Shown piece after piece: positions 41,742-52,291 of a stretch of 64,000 nucleotides of DNA. The stretch lies in contig CAWEJX010000001.1 in the NCBI GenBank assembly GCA_963809485.1, positions 160,001 to 224,000 of the forward strand, given 5' to 3'. The notes beneath the pieces were generated by a model. That model was not told the DNA's origin and ran no database searches. It saw only the letters and a list, made by a program, of their open reading frames with translations. Both the position numbers and the translations under genes were made by a program. This stretch comes from an uncultured Acidobacteriota bacterium. Its GTDB lineage: Bacteria; Acidobacteriota; UBA6911. Within the stretch, counting starts at the first letter, position 1. Every line of letters starts with the position of its first letter.

Positions 41742-44700
41742 CTAACCGTCAAAAACGCTTGCCGGCCGCTCATCCAGAAGCTGGTTCAGAACAGACTGTT
41801 CCTCCTCTGCCACCTCGGACAATAGATGGGCCTGGCCGTTTTCATAAGATGCAACCGGCACCCCGTCGCGATATATGAGTTTGTTTCCGAGGATCGCCGG
41901 AATGCGCGCGCCGGGAGTCAAAATGCCGGCCAGATTGAGCGGATCGCATGCCGATACCCTTAAATAAACACCGGCCAGCATTTTTTTGCGCACTCCGCGC
42001 AAGGCATCCACAGCCTCGGGCATTGCAAACTGTTCTCCGTTCAGGCCCGAAATGAAGCGGCCTCCGCGTATTTCTCCCCGCGCTTCGGAGCGCCGCAAAA
42101 CTCTCAGGAGCTCGCGCCAGGGGGGTGCCGATGGCTCGCGTGTCAGCAATTCCCGGCAAAGCACCCCATAGCGGCGCACATACAGAAGCGCCCAGAACTC
42201 CGGTTTCTTTTCAGAAACATCACTCTGGATCTCCAGAATCGACCACCTGCCTTCGCGCGTCCGGCGGGGCAGCCTCCGACGCCGGCGGGAGTGTTCCTGA
42301 CGCCTGGCCTCGCCGCTTGCCAGGGAACGGAGTGCAGCGAAGGAATCCGCCGTAACCAGACCGGCGGCAACAAGCTGCCATAGAGCGTCTTCAATCTCCG
42401 AAGGAAGGCGACGGGTACCGGCAGTGATTTCCGGGAAAAAAGAAGCCCCGTGCCTCTTTAAAAAGCCGAGTGCGTCCCGCGAGGCGGGGGAAAGAGACTC
42501 CTCGTCGGCCGGAGTCGCGTCAAGGAGGAATGGCATGTCTTCGCGCAGGGCCAAACCGACAGGCGTTGTGCGGCTTAATCCGGGACGGCGGGAGGGAACC
42601 TCTGCCAGGGTGCCGCGCTTTTTCCACCGCCCCCAGACCACGTCACCGCCCAGGCAGAGGGTGTCGAGGAAATCCGGCCGATAGTCCGGGATCCTGGACC
42701 GCAGGATTGCGTCTTCCCAAGCCCCGGCGGCTGCCTCAAATCCCTGGAGCTGATCGATAACCTCGAGGACTCCGCTCTCGCCCGCAAGATGCGTATCCGG
42801 AACTGCATGCTGCCACTCGAACAGAAACCGGAGAAATGTCGCCGCAGGCACAGGCTCGATTTCTCTGCGCAGGTGCGCGATGGTAGCACGGTGGATCCTG
42901 GCCAAAATGCGGCGGTCGCAGAACTCCTCCTCTCCATTCCCGGAAAAGGATCCCCGCAGGACCAATCCTTCCGCTTCCAGGTTATTCAATGCCGTGCGCA
43001 CGATCTCCTGTGGAAATCCAAGAACTTCCGCCAATCGCCCGGCGGTTATCGGACCGCTCGCCTCGATCCACCCCCGGACCATCACCACGACCGGATGGTC
43101 GCTCGCCTGCGCTTCGGGAAGGGACATCGCGGCCAAAAAATTTCCGATATTCTGGATCAGCTCGCGGGCTTCTGTTGCCGCCCAATAGCGGCGGCCGTTT
43201 ATCTCGGCCGGGAAAATTCTGCCGTCCACAAGGAGCGAATCGATCCACCGGGCAGCTTCTTCAGGCAGCCGCCGAAGCTCCTTTTCCGGGAATAGAACCA
43301 GCGAGAACAGGGCATCGTGAAATTCTTCCGCATTCCGCATATCCGGCCAGGCGTCTTCCGCCGCGGCTCGAATGGCGTCGGGATCAAGCCGGCCCAGGTC
43401 ATCGGCGCGCTCCGGCAGTGCTCTCCTGAGAATGACGGCGCGCGCCCGCCGCTCCTCAAGCGGAGAATCATCCAGGAAAGCATAGGGCATCGCATTCAGA
43501 ATCTGATGAGCGAAGACAGAAGGGATAGGAGTATCCTTGGCATAAAATTCGATTTCGCCCCGCTCGATCCGCTCCAGCACACGCTGCAGTCCCGCCAGGT
43601 CCATCGCCTCGCAGAGGCAGTCCCGCAAAGCTTCGAACACCAGCGGATGATCCGGTACGGGTGCATCCGGGCCCATTGCGTGATCGCGGCCCTGAGACTG
43701 GAGCGGGAAGATTGCAGCCATCAGGTCTTCGGAACGCATGCGCTGGATGGGCGCCGGCACGCGCTTGCCTCCCGAAAAGCGCAACAATGCCAGAGACCGC
43801 GTAAGCGTCCAGCGCCACCGCGTCGCAAAAAGCGGGGAATCCAGAACGGCCTGTACCAGGTTTTTTTCGATTTCCCGGGAGTCAAGAAACTGCAGAAGGT
43901 TCTCAATGGGAAAAGAATGCTGCGATCCCAGAGAGAGATTGATGCCGTCATCGGTTGCCGATGCCTGCAATTCGGAATGAAGATGCTGTCCGAGGCGCAT
44001 GCGCAGCGCCAGTCCCAGGGCTTTGTTGATCCTCGCACCGAAAGGGGCGTGAATCACGAGCTGCATGCCTCCGGCCTCGTCAAAGAAACGTTCCGCTACG
44101 ACGCGCGTGGCCGAAGGAACCGATCCCAGAACACGCTTCCCTTCCCGAATATAGGCGCACGCCTGTTCCGCAGCGACATCGGAAATTCCGATCTGCCTGC
44201 TCAGCCACTCGATGCAATCCTGAGGAATCCCGGCGCGGCGGTCGATGCCTTCACGCACCTGTGAAACCAATTCCGAGAGTTCGGGGGTTCGGGCCGGCGC
44301 TTCGCCGCGCCAGAACGGCACATTGGGCGCCTGCCCGTGCGCATCTTCGACACGGACCTTCCCTTTCTCGATGCGGCGAATCCTCCACGATGTGTTCCCG
44401 AGCAGGAAGACATCGCCGGCGATGCTTTCAAATGCGAATTCCTCATGGACGCTTCCCACATAAGTGTCTTCGGGCTCGGCGATGACATCATAATCGGCAT
44501 TGTCGGGAATAGCCCCGCCGCTGGTTATAGCTGCAAGGCGGGCGCCGCGCCGCCCTCTGAGCACATCATGGATACGGTCGTAATGGAGGTAACTCGACCT
44601 GCGGCCAAGGCGCGCCGAAAATCCTTCCGAAAGCATGCGCACCACGCTGTCGAAGTATTCCCGAGGCAGCCCGCTGTAAGGATAGGCTCTACAGAGGGTA

Positions 44701-46007
44701 CGGAACAGGTCCTCAACATTCCAGTCCTCGGCAGCGCACATAGCCACGATCTGCTGGCAGAGAACATCCAGGGGCCAGGGCGGGATGCTGAGGCAATCCA
44801 GCTCGCCTTTTCGGACGGCATAAATCAGAGCGGCGCACTCAATCAGCTCATCCCTTGTTAAAGGGAAAATGCGTCCCTTTGGCAAGCCGCCCAGCCGGTG
44901 GCCGGATCTGCCAACCCGCTGCAAGAGCACGCCGATAGATCGAGGAGAGCCGATCTGGCATACGAGATCGACCGCCCCTATGTCGATGCCCAGTTCCAGG
45001 GACGCGGTCGCCACACAGGCCCTTGCGTCTCCTCGTTTCAGCAGGTCCTCCGCCCTCAGCCGGATTTTGCGGGAGAGGCTTCCATGGTGCGCCACGATAT
45101 TCTCTTCACCGATTATGTGCGATAACCGATGAGCCAATCGCTCCACCAGGCGGCGCGTGTTGACGAAAATCAGCGTGGATCTGTGTGCGGCCACGAGATC
45201 GGCCACGCGCGAAACCGTCTCATCCCAGAGCTCGAGCGTCGCGATGGGACCGAGTTCCAGCGCAGGCATTTCGACCTGCAAATCCATATTTCGAATATGC
45301 CCGATATCGATTATCGTGCAGTCCGGCTTCCCGCCGGCGGCTGCCTCGGATGCCCCAACCAGGAAGCGCGCCACTTCTTCGATGGGCCGCAGAGTTGCGC
45401 TTAAGCCGATCCGAGTGATAGGCCTTCCGGCCAGACGGCAGAGGCGCTCGACGGAGAGCGACAGATGGGCGCCCCTCTTATTTCCTGCAAGGGAATGGAT
45501 TTCGTCAAGGATAAGCGTGTGGACACCGGAAAGCCCGCGGCGTCCGCTCTCCGAGGTGAGCAGGATATATAGGGATTCGGGCGTTGTAATCCAGACATGA
45601 GGCGGTTTGAGGGCTCTTGCCCGTCGCTCCCCGGCGGTCGTATCGCCTGTTCTGACCGCAATGCGGATTTCGGGCGCTTTTATGCCTTTGTCCGCCGCCA
45701 GACGAAGTATCTCCTCCAGAGGCACGGACAGATTCCTGTGAATATCGTTGGACAGCGCCTTGAGGGGCGACACGTAAACAACCTGACAGGATTCGGGCAG
45801 CATACCCTCAATGGCGGCCCTGAACAGCTGATCAATGCAAAACAGGAACGCAGCCAGCGTCTTGCCGGATCCCGTAGGGGCGGAGATCAGGGTGTGGCGG
45901 CCCCGGGCGATTGCGGGCCAGCCCGAAGACTGAGCCTCCGTGGGCGACGAAAAGGTGCGTTCGAACCACTCACGAACAACCGGATGAAAGGCGGACAGGG
46001 GATTCAT
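41742..46007 (-). CDS. lhr: Lhr-family ATP-dependent helicase
   Basis: APTGSGKT, YVSPLKALSND, ILDEIH, ATASLELGIDIG, QRVGRSGH, C-terminal RGGRFI.G..GEQFA and ACDPLNL. Confidence 0.94.
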   Translation of the reverse strand: MNPLSAFHPVVREWFERTFSSPTEAQSSGWPAIARGRHTLISAPTGSGKTLAAFLFCIDQLFRAAIEGMLPESCQVVYVSPLKALSNDIHRNLSVPLEEILRLAADKGIKAPEIRIAVRTGDTTAGERRARALKPPHVWITTPESLYILLTSESGRRGLSGVHTLILDEIHSLAGNKRGAHLSLSVERLCRLAGRPITRIGLSATLRPIEEVARFLVGASEAAAGGKPDCTIIDIGHIRNMDLQVEMPALELGPIATLELWDETVSRVADLVAAHRSTLIFVNTRRLVERLAHRLSHIIGEENIVAHHGSLSRKIRLRAEDLLKRGDARACVATASLELGIDIGAVDLVCQIGSPRSIGVLLQRVGRSGHRLGGLPKGRIFPLTRDELIECAALIYAVRKGELDCLSIPPWPLDVLCQQIVAMCAAEDWNVEDLFRTLCRAYPYSGLPREYFDSVVRMLSEGFSARLGRRSSYLHYDRIHDVLRGRRGARLAAITSGGAIPDNADYDVIAEPEDTYVGSVHEEFAFESIAGDVFLLGNTSWRIRRIEKGKVRVEDAHGQAPNVPFWRGEAPARTPELSELVSQVREGIDRRAGIPQDCIEWLSRQIGISDVAAEQACAYIREGKRVLGSVPSATRVVAERFFDEAGGMQLVIHAPFGARINKALGLALRMRLGQHLHSELQASATDDGINLSLGSQHSFPIENLLQFLDSREIEKNLVQAVLDSPLFATRWRWTLTRSLALLRFSGGKRVPAPIQRMRSEDLMAAIFPLQSQGRDHAMGPDAPVPDHPLVFEALRDCLCEAMDLAGLQRVLERIERGEIEFYAKDTPIPSVFAHQILNAMPYAFLDDSPLEERRARAVILRRALPERADDLGRLDPDAIRAAAEDAWPDMRNAEEFHDALFSLVLFPEKELRRLPEEAARWIDSLLVDGRIFPAEINGRRYWAATEARELIQNIGNFLAAMSLPEAQASDHPVVVMVRGWIEASGPITAGRLAEVLGFPQEIVRTALNNLEAEGLVLRGSFSGNGEEEFCDRRILARIHRATIAHLRREIEPVPAATFLRFLFEWQHAVPDTHLAGESGVLEVIDQLQGFEAAAGAWEDAILRSRIPDYRPDFLDTLCLGGDVVWGRWKKRGTLAEVPSRRPGLSRTTPVGLALREDMPFLLDATPADEESLSPASRDALGFLKRHGASFFPEITAGTRRLPSEIEDALWQLVAAGLVTADSFAALRSLASGEARRQEHSRRRRRLPRRTREGRWSILEIQSDVSEKKPEFWALLYVRRYGVLCRELLTREPSAPPWRELLRVLRRSEARGEIRGGRFISGLNGEQFAMPEAVDALRGVRKKMLAGVYLRVSACDPLNLAGILTPGARIPAILGNKLIYRDGVPVASYENGQAHLLSEVAEEEQSVLNQLLDERPASVFDG

Positions 46008-46104
46008 CTGTTCAACTATAGACCAGGGATGCAGGGATGGGAATGCCGGAGTCCGATGATGAAATAGTGCATGGCATAAAGGCGCCCGTGCTATAAATAA
46101 GTCC

Positions 46105-46866
46105 ATGAGCCCCGATCCAGGCACCATCGAAAAGATCGCGCAGCTTCTTGCCGGGTCCCGGCGCGCCATAGCCTTCACCGGCGCCGGTATCAGCACGGAA
46201 AGCGGAATCGCGGATTTCCGCAGCCCCAACGGAATCTGGAGCAGGTACCAGCCCGTCCTGTTCCAGGATTTCCTGGATAACGAAGAGGCGCGACGCCGCT
46301 ACTGGAAAATGAAGCGGGAGGGATTTCACGAATTGAAGATGGCGCGGCCCAACGATGGGCACCGGGCCCTGGCGCGGATGGAAGCGTCCGGCAAAATCAT
46401 CGCCATCATTACGCAGAACATCGACGGCCTGCACCAGGATGCGGGAAGCCGCCGTGTACTTGAACTGCACGGAACGGGCCGCTATTGCATTTGCCTGAGC
46501 TGCAGCAAACGGTTCAGTCCCGACGAAATTCAGGCACGGCTGGAGGCCGGCGAAGAAATACCGGTGTGCAGCCATTGCGGAGGACTCGTGAAGTCGGCGA
46601 CGATTTCGTTCGGCCAATCGCTGCCGGCAGATGTTCTGGCTGAAGCCTTCGACCTCTCAATGGGCACCGACCTGGTTCTGGCACTGGGATCTTCGCTGGT
46701 CGTGGAGCCGGCGGCGTCCATCCCTTTGCAGGCGAAAAACAATGGAGCCCGGCTCGTCATCATCAACAATGCAGAAACGCCGCTGGACCGACTTGCCGAC
46801 ATCGTCGTGCACAGGGCAATTGGCGCCACTATGTCCCAGGTATTGCACCATCTTGAAAGCCTTTGA
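46105..46866 (+). CDS. cobB: NAD-dependent deacylase (Sir2)
   Basis: FTGAGISTESGIADFR, ITQNIDGLHQ, ELHG, two CxxC, GSSLVVEPAA. Confidence 0.93.
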   Translation: MSPDPGTIEKIAQLLAGSRRAIAFTGAGISTESGIADFRSPNGIWSRYQPVLFQDFLDNEEARRRYWKMKREGFHELKMARPNDGHRALARMEASGKIIAIITQNIDGLHQDAGSRRVLELHGTGRYCICLSCSKRFSPDEIQARLEAGEEIPVCSHCGGLVKSATISFGQSLPADVLAEAFDLSMGTDLVLALGSSLVVEPAASIPLQAKNNGARLVIINNAETPLDRLADIVVHRAIGATMSQVLHHLESL

Positions 46867-46903
46867 GGCCCGTTCTAAAAGGCTCCCTGATCGAAGGATC
46901 AGG

Positions 46904-46926
46904 CCTCAGGCAAAGCCGGAGGCTTG
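46904..46926 (-). repeat. Solo end hairpin of the IS200-type element
   Basis: CCTCAGGCAAAGCCGGAGGCTTG differs by one base from the copy 2 end; lies between convergent genes. Confidence 0.6.
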
Positions 46927-46945
46927 ATTGTCAGCGATTTCATGA

Positions 46946-48283
46946 TCACGGCGCGGATTTTGTGTCCGCTTTGACAGTCTGCTCCTCGCTCGTATAAACG
47001 GTTGCGATCACGGACAATCCCGGCCTCAGAGGATGGGCATCATCCTCGCCCCGGTCGATCACGATCTTCACGGGGACGCGCTGCACAACTTTCACAAAGT
47101 TGCCCGTGGCATTCTCGGGCGGCAAGAGGCTGAATCGGGCGCCCGTGGCGGCCGCGATGCTGTCGATATGTCCTTCATATGTGCGCCCGCCATAGGCGTC
47201 CACTGTAATGGTCGCTTTTTGTCCCGGTCGCATGTCTTTCAGCTGATTTTCCTTGTAATTTGCAGTCACCCAGACATTGTGGAGCGGGACGACAGCCAGG
47301 AGCGATTGCCCAATCTGCACGTATTGACCCAGTTCTACTTTTCGCTGGCTTATGATTCCATCGATAGGAGCCCTGACCTCCGCATATTCGAGGTTAAGTC
47401 TCGCCTGTGCAAGAACGGCTTGAGCCAGTTTCACCCTGGCGAGCGCTGTCTGCGCGTTGGAGCGGCTTATCGACATTTGCTGCGGCGCTGTTTGAGTGGC
47501 CTGCAGATTCGCATGAGCTTCCTTGATCCGGGCTTCTGCCTGAGCCACACGCGCCTGGCCCGCTTCTATCGCTTTGGCGGCCTCCTGGACACCGGACTGC
47601 GCCGAGTCGCGGGACGCGCGGGCTGCATCCGCCGCAGCGACGGCGGCATCATACTGCTGTTTGGAAATTTCATCCTTGGCGATCAGGAGCTTCATCCTTT
47701 CCAGGTCCTGCATGCCCTTCGTATAGTTGGCCTGGGTTTCGCGCACCCTGGCCTGCATCGTCTCGAGCCTGGCCCGTGCGGTGTCGACATCCTTGAGCGC
47801 GGCGGCCTTGACGCTCTCCGCCTGTTCGAGGCCGGCGCCCGCCAGATTGAGCTGGCTGGAAGTTGTTGTGGACGTAATGGGCACCTGATGACTCGCGGCT
47901 TCGGAAAGGGATTGTGCGGCGGCCAGGTCTGCTTCGGCTCGTTCCAGCGCGATCACGTAATCCCTGGGATCGATCCGGATCACTACCGTACCCGCCGTTA
48001 CAAATTGATTATCCTGGACGTTTATCGACACGACATGTCCGGAAACCTTCGCAGCAACGGGATTGATATGGCCGTCTATCTGGGCGTCGTCGGTCGACTC
48101 TCGGTCTGAAAAATACTCCTGATATACAAAATAGCCGGCGGCGGCCAGGAGGACAGGAATCAGCGCGAAAACCCATTTCCGGACGCGTGGCGGCCGGACA
48201 TTTTTCCCTTTGCCGGCCGAACCCTGCGCTTCGGCCTGATGGGACGCATCCCCTCTTTGCTTTGCAGTATCTTGATCCATCAT
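46946..48283 (-). CDS. emrA: HlyD/EmrA-family membrane fusion protein
   Basis: STDDAQIDG, VRAPIDG, WVTANYKE.QL, FSLLPPENATGNFVKVVQRVPV. Confidence 0.88.
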   Translation of the reverse strand: MMDQDTAKQRGDASHQAEAQGSAGKGKNVRPPRVRKWVFALIPVLLAAAGYFVYQEYFSDRESTDDAQIDGHINPVAAKVSGHVVSINVQDNQFVTAGTVVIRIDPRDYVIALERAEADLAAAQSLSEAASHQVPITSTTTSSQLNLAGAGLEQAESVKAAALKDVDTARARLETMQARVRETQANYTKGMQDLERMKLLIAKDEISKQQYDAAVAAADAARASRDSAQSGVQEAAKAIEAGQARVAQAEARIKEAHANLQATQTAPQQMSISRSNAQTALARVKLAQAVLAQARLNLEYAEVRAPIDGIISQRKVELGQYVQIGQSLLAVVPLHNVWVTANYKENQLKDMRPGQKATITVDAYGGRTYEGHIDSIAAATGARFSLLPPENATGNFVKVVQRVPVKIVIDRGEDDAHPLRPGLSVIATVYTSEEQTVKADTKSAP

Positions 48284-49749
48284 TTTCCTCGCAGAAACTG
48301 TTCGTACTCCGTATCCGAAATGCCCATGGCTTTTGCAAGCGCCAGCTTCGCGGCGTTGTGCGCCTGGAGGCCGGAAATATAGTTCTCGCTGGCGGCAGCA
48401 AGCGCCTCCTGGGCCTGGACTACTTCCACGTTATTGGTCACTCCGGCGCGGAAACGGTCTTTCGACTGCTCCACTTGTTCGTTGGCCAGCCCGTTCGCGC
48501 TTTCAGCAACCTGCACAAATTCCGCGGCTGCCTCGAGATCGAGAAAAGCGGTTTGAACTTCGTAAAATATCCGTCCCCGCAAATCTTCGAGCTCGGCTTC
48601 CCGCTGCCGCAACGAGGCATCGGCTTCCATAACGCGCGCCCGGACGCTTCCGCCCTGAAAAATCGGGATGCGCAGAATTGCGGTTACCGTGAAAGTGCCA
48701 TGAGAGTCCCATGGCCGCTGACCGATATCTCCGTAGTCCCCGTTAACGCCTATCGTCGGAAGCCTGCCGGCTTGAGCCGCTTTCCGTGTGGCTCCAGCGG
48801 ATCTTACCTTAGCCTGCGCGCTTTGGTAATCCGGGCGTTCGCGATAGGCCCGCTCGACAGCTTCCTCCAGAGGCATAACGGCGAAAGGGGCATACGACAT
48901 GCTGTCCGTGAGGCTGTATTCCTGTCCCAGGGGCAGTCCGATGGCGCGCGCCAGGGCAAGCTTGTCCTTGGCGAACCGGTCCTCTGCAACTATGAGTCTT
49001 TGCTGACGGGCCTGCAATTCCACTTTAGCGCGCAGCACCTCAATTCCGGGAACCACGCCCGCAGCCTTCTGGTCCACGGCAAGATCATAAAGCGTCTGGG
49101 CCGTTTGCAGCTGGGCGCGGTTAGCCGCTATGCGGCTCTGGCTCGCGACGGCCTGCAAATACAGGCTGGAACAGACAAACACAACCGTATCCCTCGTGTT
49201 CTGCCTGGAGAATTCAGAGGCCCTGACATTCTCCTTTTCAGCGCGATACCGGTTTAGCGCCGGCAAATCCAGCACCGGTTGAGAGACATATGCCCGTACG
49301 TCAAACACGTTGTAGGGGCCGACCACGCCGCCGCCCTTGAATCCATAGGCTTCCAGATTTACCTGTCTCGGCGAATCCGTGACGTCGGCCTCAACCTTTG
49401 GCAGCAACTGGCTTAAGGCAAGCAATCGCGCGCCCCGCGTGGCTTGCAGGGCCTGCTCGCTGAGAACCTTCCCAAGATTGTGCTCGAGTCCTCGCTTGAG
49501 GGCTTCGGAAAACGAAAGGGGCAATACTTCCTTTGTAGCCGTCCCCGACGGGATCCCTCCCATCAGCGGGCTCTGGGTTCCGCCATAGTCGGCTGCCTGA
49601 AAAGCCACGGCGGAGCCCGCTTGAGTGGCCGCATAGGATGCCATGGTGCCCTGGCCGGCAGTGCCGGCTGTTTGCGCCAGAAGGCTTGTGCACAAAACAA
49701 TCAATGCCGCCGGGGCAACGAGAACACGTGTAATTGGCATGGACTTCAT
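48280..49749 (-). CDS. TolC-family outer membrane efflux protein
   Basis: Signal peptide, two OEP repeats, IPIFQGG, RFRAGVT..VEVVQAQ; start at MKSMPI. Confidence 0.88.
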   Translation of the reverse strand: MKSMPITRVLVAPAALIVLCTSLLAQTAGTAGQGTMASYAATQAGSAVAFQAADYGGTQSPLMGGIPSGTATKEVLPLSFSEALKRGLEHNLGKVLSEQALQATRGARLLALSQLLPKVEADVTDSPRQVNLEAYGFKGGGVVGPYNVFDVRAYVSQPVLDLPALNRYRAEKENVRASEFSRQNTRDTVVFVCSSLYLQAVASQSRIAANRAQLQTAQTLYDLAVDQKAAGVVPGIEVLRAKVELQARQQRLIVAEDRFAKDKLALARAIGLPLGQEYSLTDSMSYAPFAVMPLEEAVERAYRERPDYQSAQAKVRSAGATRKAAQAGRLPTIGVNGDYGDIGQRPWDSHGTFTVTAILRIPIFQGGSVRARVMEADASLRQREAELEDLRGRIFYEVQTAFLDLEAAAEFVQVAESANGLANEQVEQSKDRFRAGVTNNVEVVQAQEALAAASENYISGLQAHNAAKLALAKAMGISDTEYEQFLRGK

Positions 49750-49973
49750 CTCCACTTTAGTGCCTGCAAGTTGAAGGGCATTGGTTACAGCCTGAAACCT
49801 GTAACCTGCAACCCGTAATCGTCGCGGAAATGCTCCGCTGCGCGCTTCACCCGTTAATCCTTTGAGAAATTCGCACAAATGCGCGTGCCCGCATTGCCGC
49901 TTCATGGGAAACGCAATGGGCCATTCCGGTGGGGAAAATGCCTGCCGACTGCATCGCAGCATTATGGGCAATA

Positions 49974-52289
49974 CTAAGAACTTCCCCATTTCCCGGCATC
50001 TTTAAGCGCTTGGACGATTTTTTCAGGCGTGACTGGCTGCTCCTTGAACCAGATACCCGTTGCATCATGAAGCGCCGAGATAACCGCGGGAGGCGAACTC
50101 ACAATACTTCCCTCCGAAGCTTCTTTGGCACCGAAGGGGCCGTCAGGATCGTCCGTGATTATGTCTATGACCCGGATCATCGGGACATCGGTGGATCGGG
50201 GCATTTTGTAATCCAGGAAGGTATTGTTGCGGGTTACACCTTTATCCATAATGAATTCCTCATATATGGCTTGCCCCATGCCCTGAACCGCCCCGCCTTC
50301 ATTCTGAGTCTCCACACTGATGGGGTGGAGCGGCCTGCCGCAATCATGAGCGATGGTAAAATCGCTGACGTCCGTTTTCCCGGTTTCCATGTCCACACCC
50401 AGCCGAACGGTCTGGGCAGTGAAGCTGTACGATGTCCCTCCGTTTCCATATCCCGTATTGAAATCCATGGGTTCGATGCCATAGCCAGAATAGCCGCGGC
50501 CGATAATTACGGCCCCGGATCCCTCGTAGCAGGCTATTTTGGCAAGCCTATCGAACGGGATTCGTTTGCCGGGATTGCTTTTGAGAAAGAGAAAGCCGTC
50601 CCTTATGTCCAGCTCACCGGGTTCCACTTTCCAGGCTGATGCGGCGCTTTCTATCAATTGCCGCCTGGCATCCCGGGCAGCTCTTTGAGTCGCCTGGCCG
50701 GCAAGGATGGTAACCCGGCTCCCGTAGCTCCCGGGGTCTACGGGCGTGTAGGCCGTATCGACGCGCTTGATGTCGATGTCCTCCAGACGCACGCCCAATT
50801 CTTCGGCGGCGATCATGCAAAGAACCGTATCCGAGCCCTGGCCGCAATCGGTCGCCCCCGTGAGGAGATTGACGGTTCCATCCTCGCAAATGCGGACCAC
50901 GGCTCCACAGGATTGATGACCGAGCTGGCGCGCACCTCCCAGGTAGGCGGTGCCGGAAATCCCCACGCCGTAGGAGACCGGACCGCTTCTTGCTGGTCTC
51001 CGGCCCCTTTCGGCCCATACAGGATCTTCTGCGGCCGCTTTCAGTGCCTCTTTGAAACCGCAGGTCTTGAATGTTATGTCGTTGATGGTCCGGTAAATTC
51101 CGCCCGCTTCAGGCGGATCAATGCCATTGCGAATCCGCATTTCCACCGGATCAATTCCAAGCTCTTCGGCCATCATCCCCATCTGGATTTCGCAGGCGAA
51201 GCGGGAATGGGTGATACCGTGGCCACGCATGGCCGCCGACATCGGATTGTTTGTGAAGACGCCCCAGATATCGAATTTGTAATTGGGCAGCTTATAGGGG
51301 ATGGTGGTGGCAAAACCCACAAGATACAACGACAGCGGGCTGATGGATGTATATCCGCCCAGGTCGGCAACGGCGCGCGTTTCAATGGCAGTCAGCACTC
51401 CATCCCGGGTTACGCCCATCTTGTTGTAAAGGATCACGGGATGGCGCCGCTTGCTGACGGAAAGCTCCTCTTCCTGGCTGTAGACGAACTTGACCGGTTT
51501 GCCGGTTTTTTGGGAGAGCAGAACGGCGCAGAAATCGCCTGCGACCGAATCGTTCTTCGTGCCCCCGAAACCGCCCCCGATGAACGGCTGCACGATGCGG
51601 ATTTTGGAAAGGGGCAGCCTGAAGCAGGCAGCCAGGTGGCGATAGTGGAAATAGGGGCTCTGCTTGGCCGGCCATACCGTGATAGAGCCCGCAGGATCAT
51701 AATAGGCCAGCGATGCCGGCGGTTCGAGATATCCTTTCGTAACTCGGCCTGTCTTGAACCGGTCCTCACGAACAAGGTAGGATTCCTCGAAGGCTTTCTT
51801 CACATTGCCGAAGTCGTAATGGTACTCAAGGCTTACATTATTGGGCCTGTAGTCGTGAATGACGGGAGCCCCCGGCCTCATTGCCTCTTCCGGATCAAAC
51901 ACGCCCGGCAATTCCTCGTACTCAACCTTGATGAGTTCACAGGCTTCTTCGGCGGTCTCCTCATCGACGGCCGCAACTGCGGCAACCGCTTCATATAAGT
52001 AGCGGACCTTGTTGTCTGCCAGGGGCGGCTCGTCCCGGGTATTCGCCATGAAGCCCCAGGTCCAGCCTCCGAAGTCCTTGCCGGTCACAATCCCTTCGAC
52101 GCCCGGCAATCTTTCGGCCCGGCCCGCATCTATGTTCAGGATGCGGGCATGAGCGTGGGGGGCGCGCAGGACTTTGCACCAGAGCATCCCGGGCAGAGAA
52201 TAGTCCGCGGCGTACTTGGCGCCGCCTAAAACCTTTTCTTTGGCGTCCACCCTGGGCAGCCTCTTCCCTATGACCGCGTACCCGTCCAT
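49974..52289 (-). CDS. Xanthine dehydrogenase-family molybdopterin-binding subunit
   Basis: RVDAKEKV.G.AKY, IGGGFGG, AMRGHG, DCGQGSDT, GSYGSR, GPFGAKEASEG. Confidence 0.93.
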   Translation of the reverse strand: MDGYAVIGKRLPRVDAKEKVLGGAKYAADYSLPGMLWCKVLRAPHAHARILNIDAGRAERLPGVEGIVTGKDFGGWTWGFMANTRDEPPLADNKVRYLYEAVAAVAAVDEETAEEACELIKVEYEELPGVFDPEEAMRPGAPVIHDYRPNNVSLEYHYDFGNVKKAFEESYLVREDRFKTGRVTKGYLEPPASLAYYDPAGSITVWPAKQSPYFHYRHLAACFRLPLSKIRIVQPFIGGGFGGTKNDSVAGDFCAVLLSQKTGKPVKFVYSQEEELSVSKRRHPVILYNKMGVTRDGVLTAIETRAVADLGGYTSISPLSLYLVGFATTIPYKLPNYKFDIWGVFTNNPMSAAMRGHGITHSRFACEIQMGMMAEELGIDPVEMRIRNGIDPPEAGGIYRTINDITFKTCGFKEALKAAAEDPVWAERGRRPARSGPVSYGVGISGTAYLGGARQLGHQSCGAVVRICEDGTVNLLTGATDCGQGSDTVLCMIAAEELGVRLEDIDIKRVDTAYTPVDPGSYGSRVTILAGQATQRAARDARRQLIESAASAWKVEPGELDIRDGFLFLKSNPGKRIPFDRLAKIACYEGSGAVIIGRGYSGYGIEPMDFNTGYGNGGTSYSFTAQTVRLGVDMETGKTDVSDFTIAHDCGRPLHPISVETQNEGGAVQGMGQAIYEEFIMDKGVTRNNTFLDYKMPRSTDVPMIRVIDIITDDPDGPFGAKEASEGSIVSSPPAVISALHDATGIWFKEQPVTPEKIVQALKDAGKWGSS

Positions 52290-52291
52290 GG

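Noticed and set aside
41742-46866. Lhr helicase plus Sir2 as an anti-phage defence pair
   Set aside because: The Sir2 is a canonical zinc-binding CobB deacylase and is divergently transcribed; it is not a ThsA/DSR-type NADase.
50658-51998. Long antisense ORFs (also 17001-18167, 47033-48109, 55227-56405)
   Set aside because: Shadow ORFs opposite well-supported genes in GC-rich DNA.
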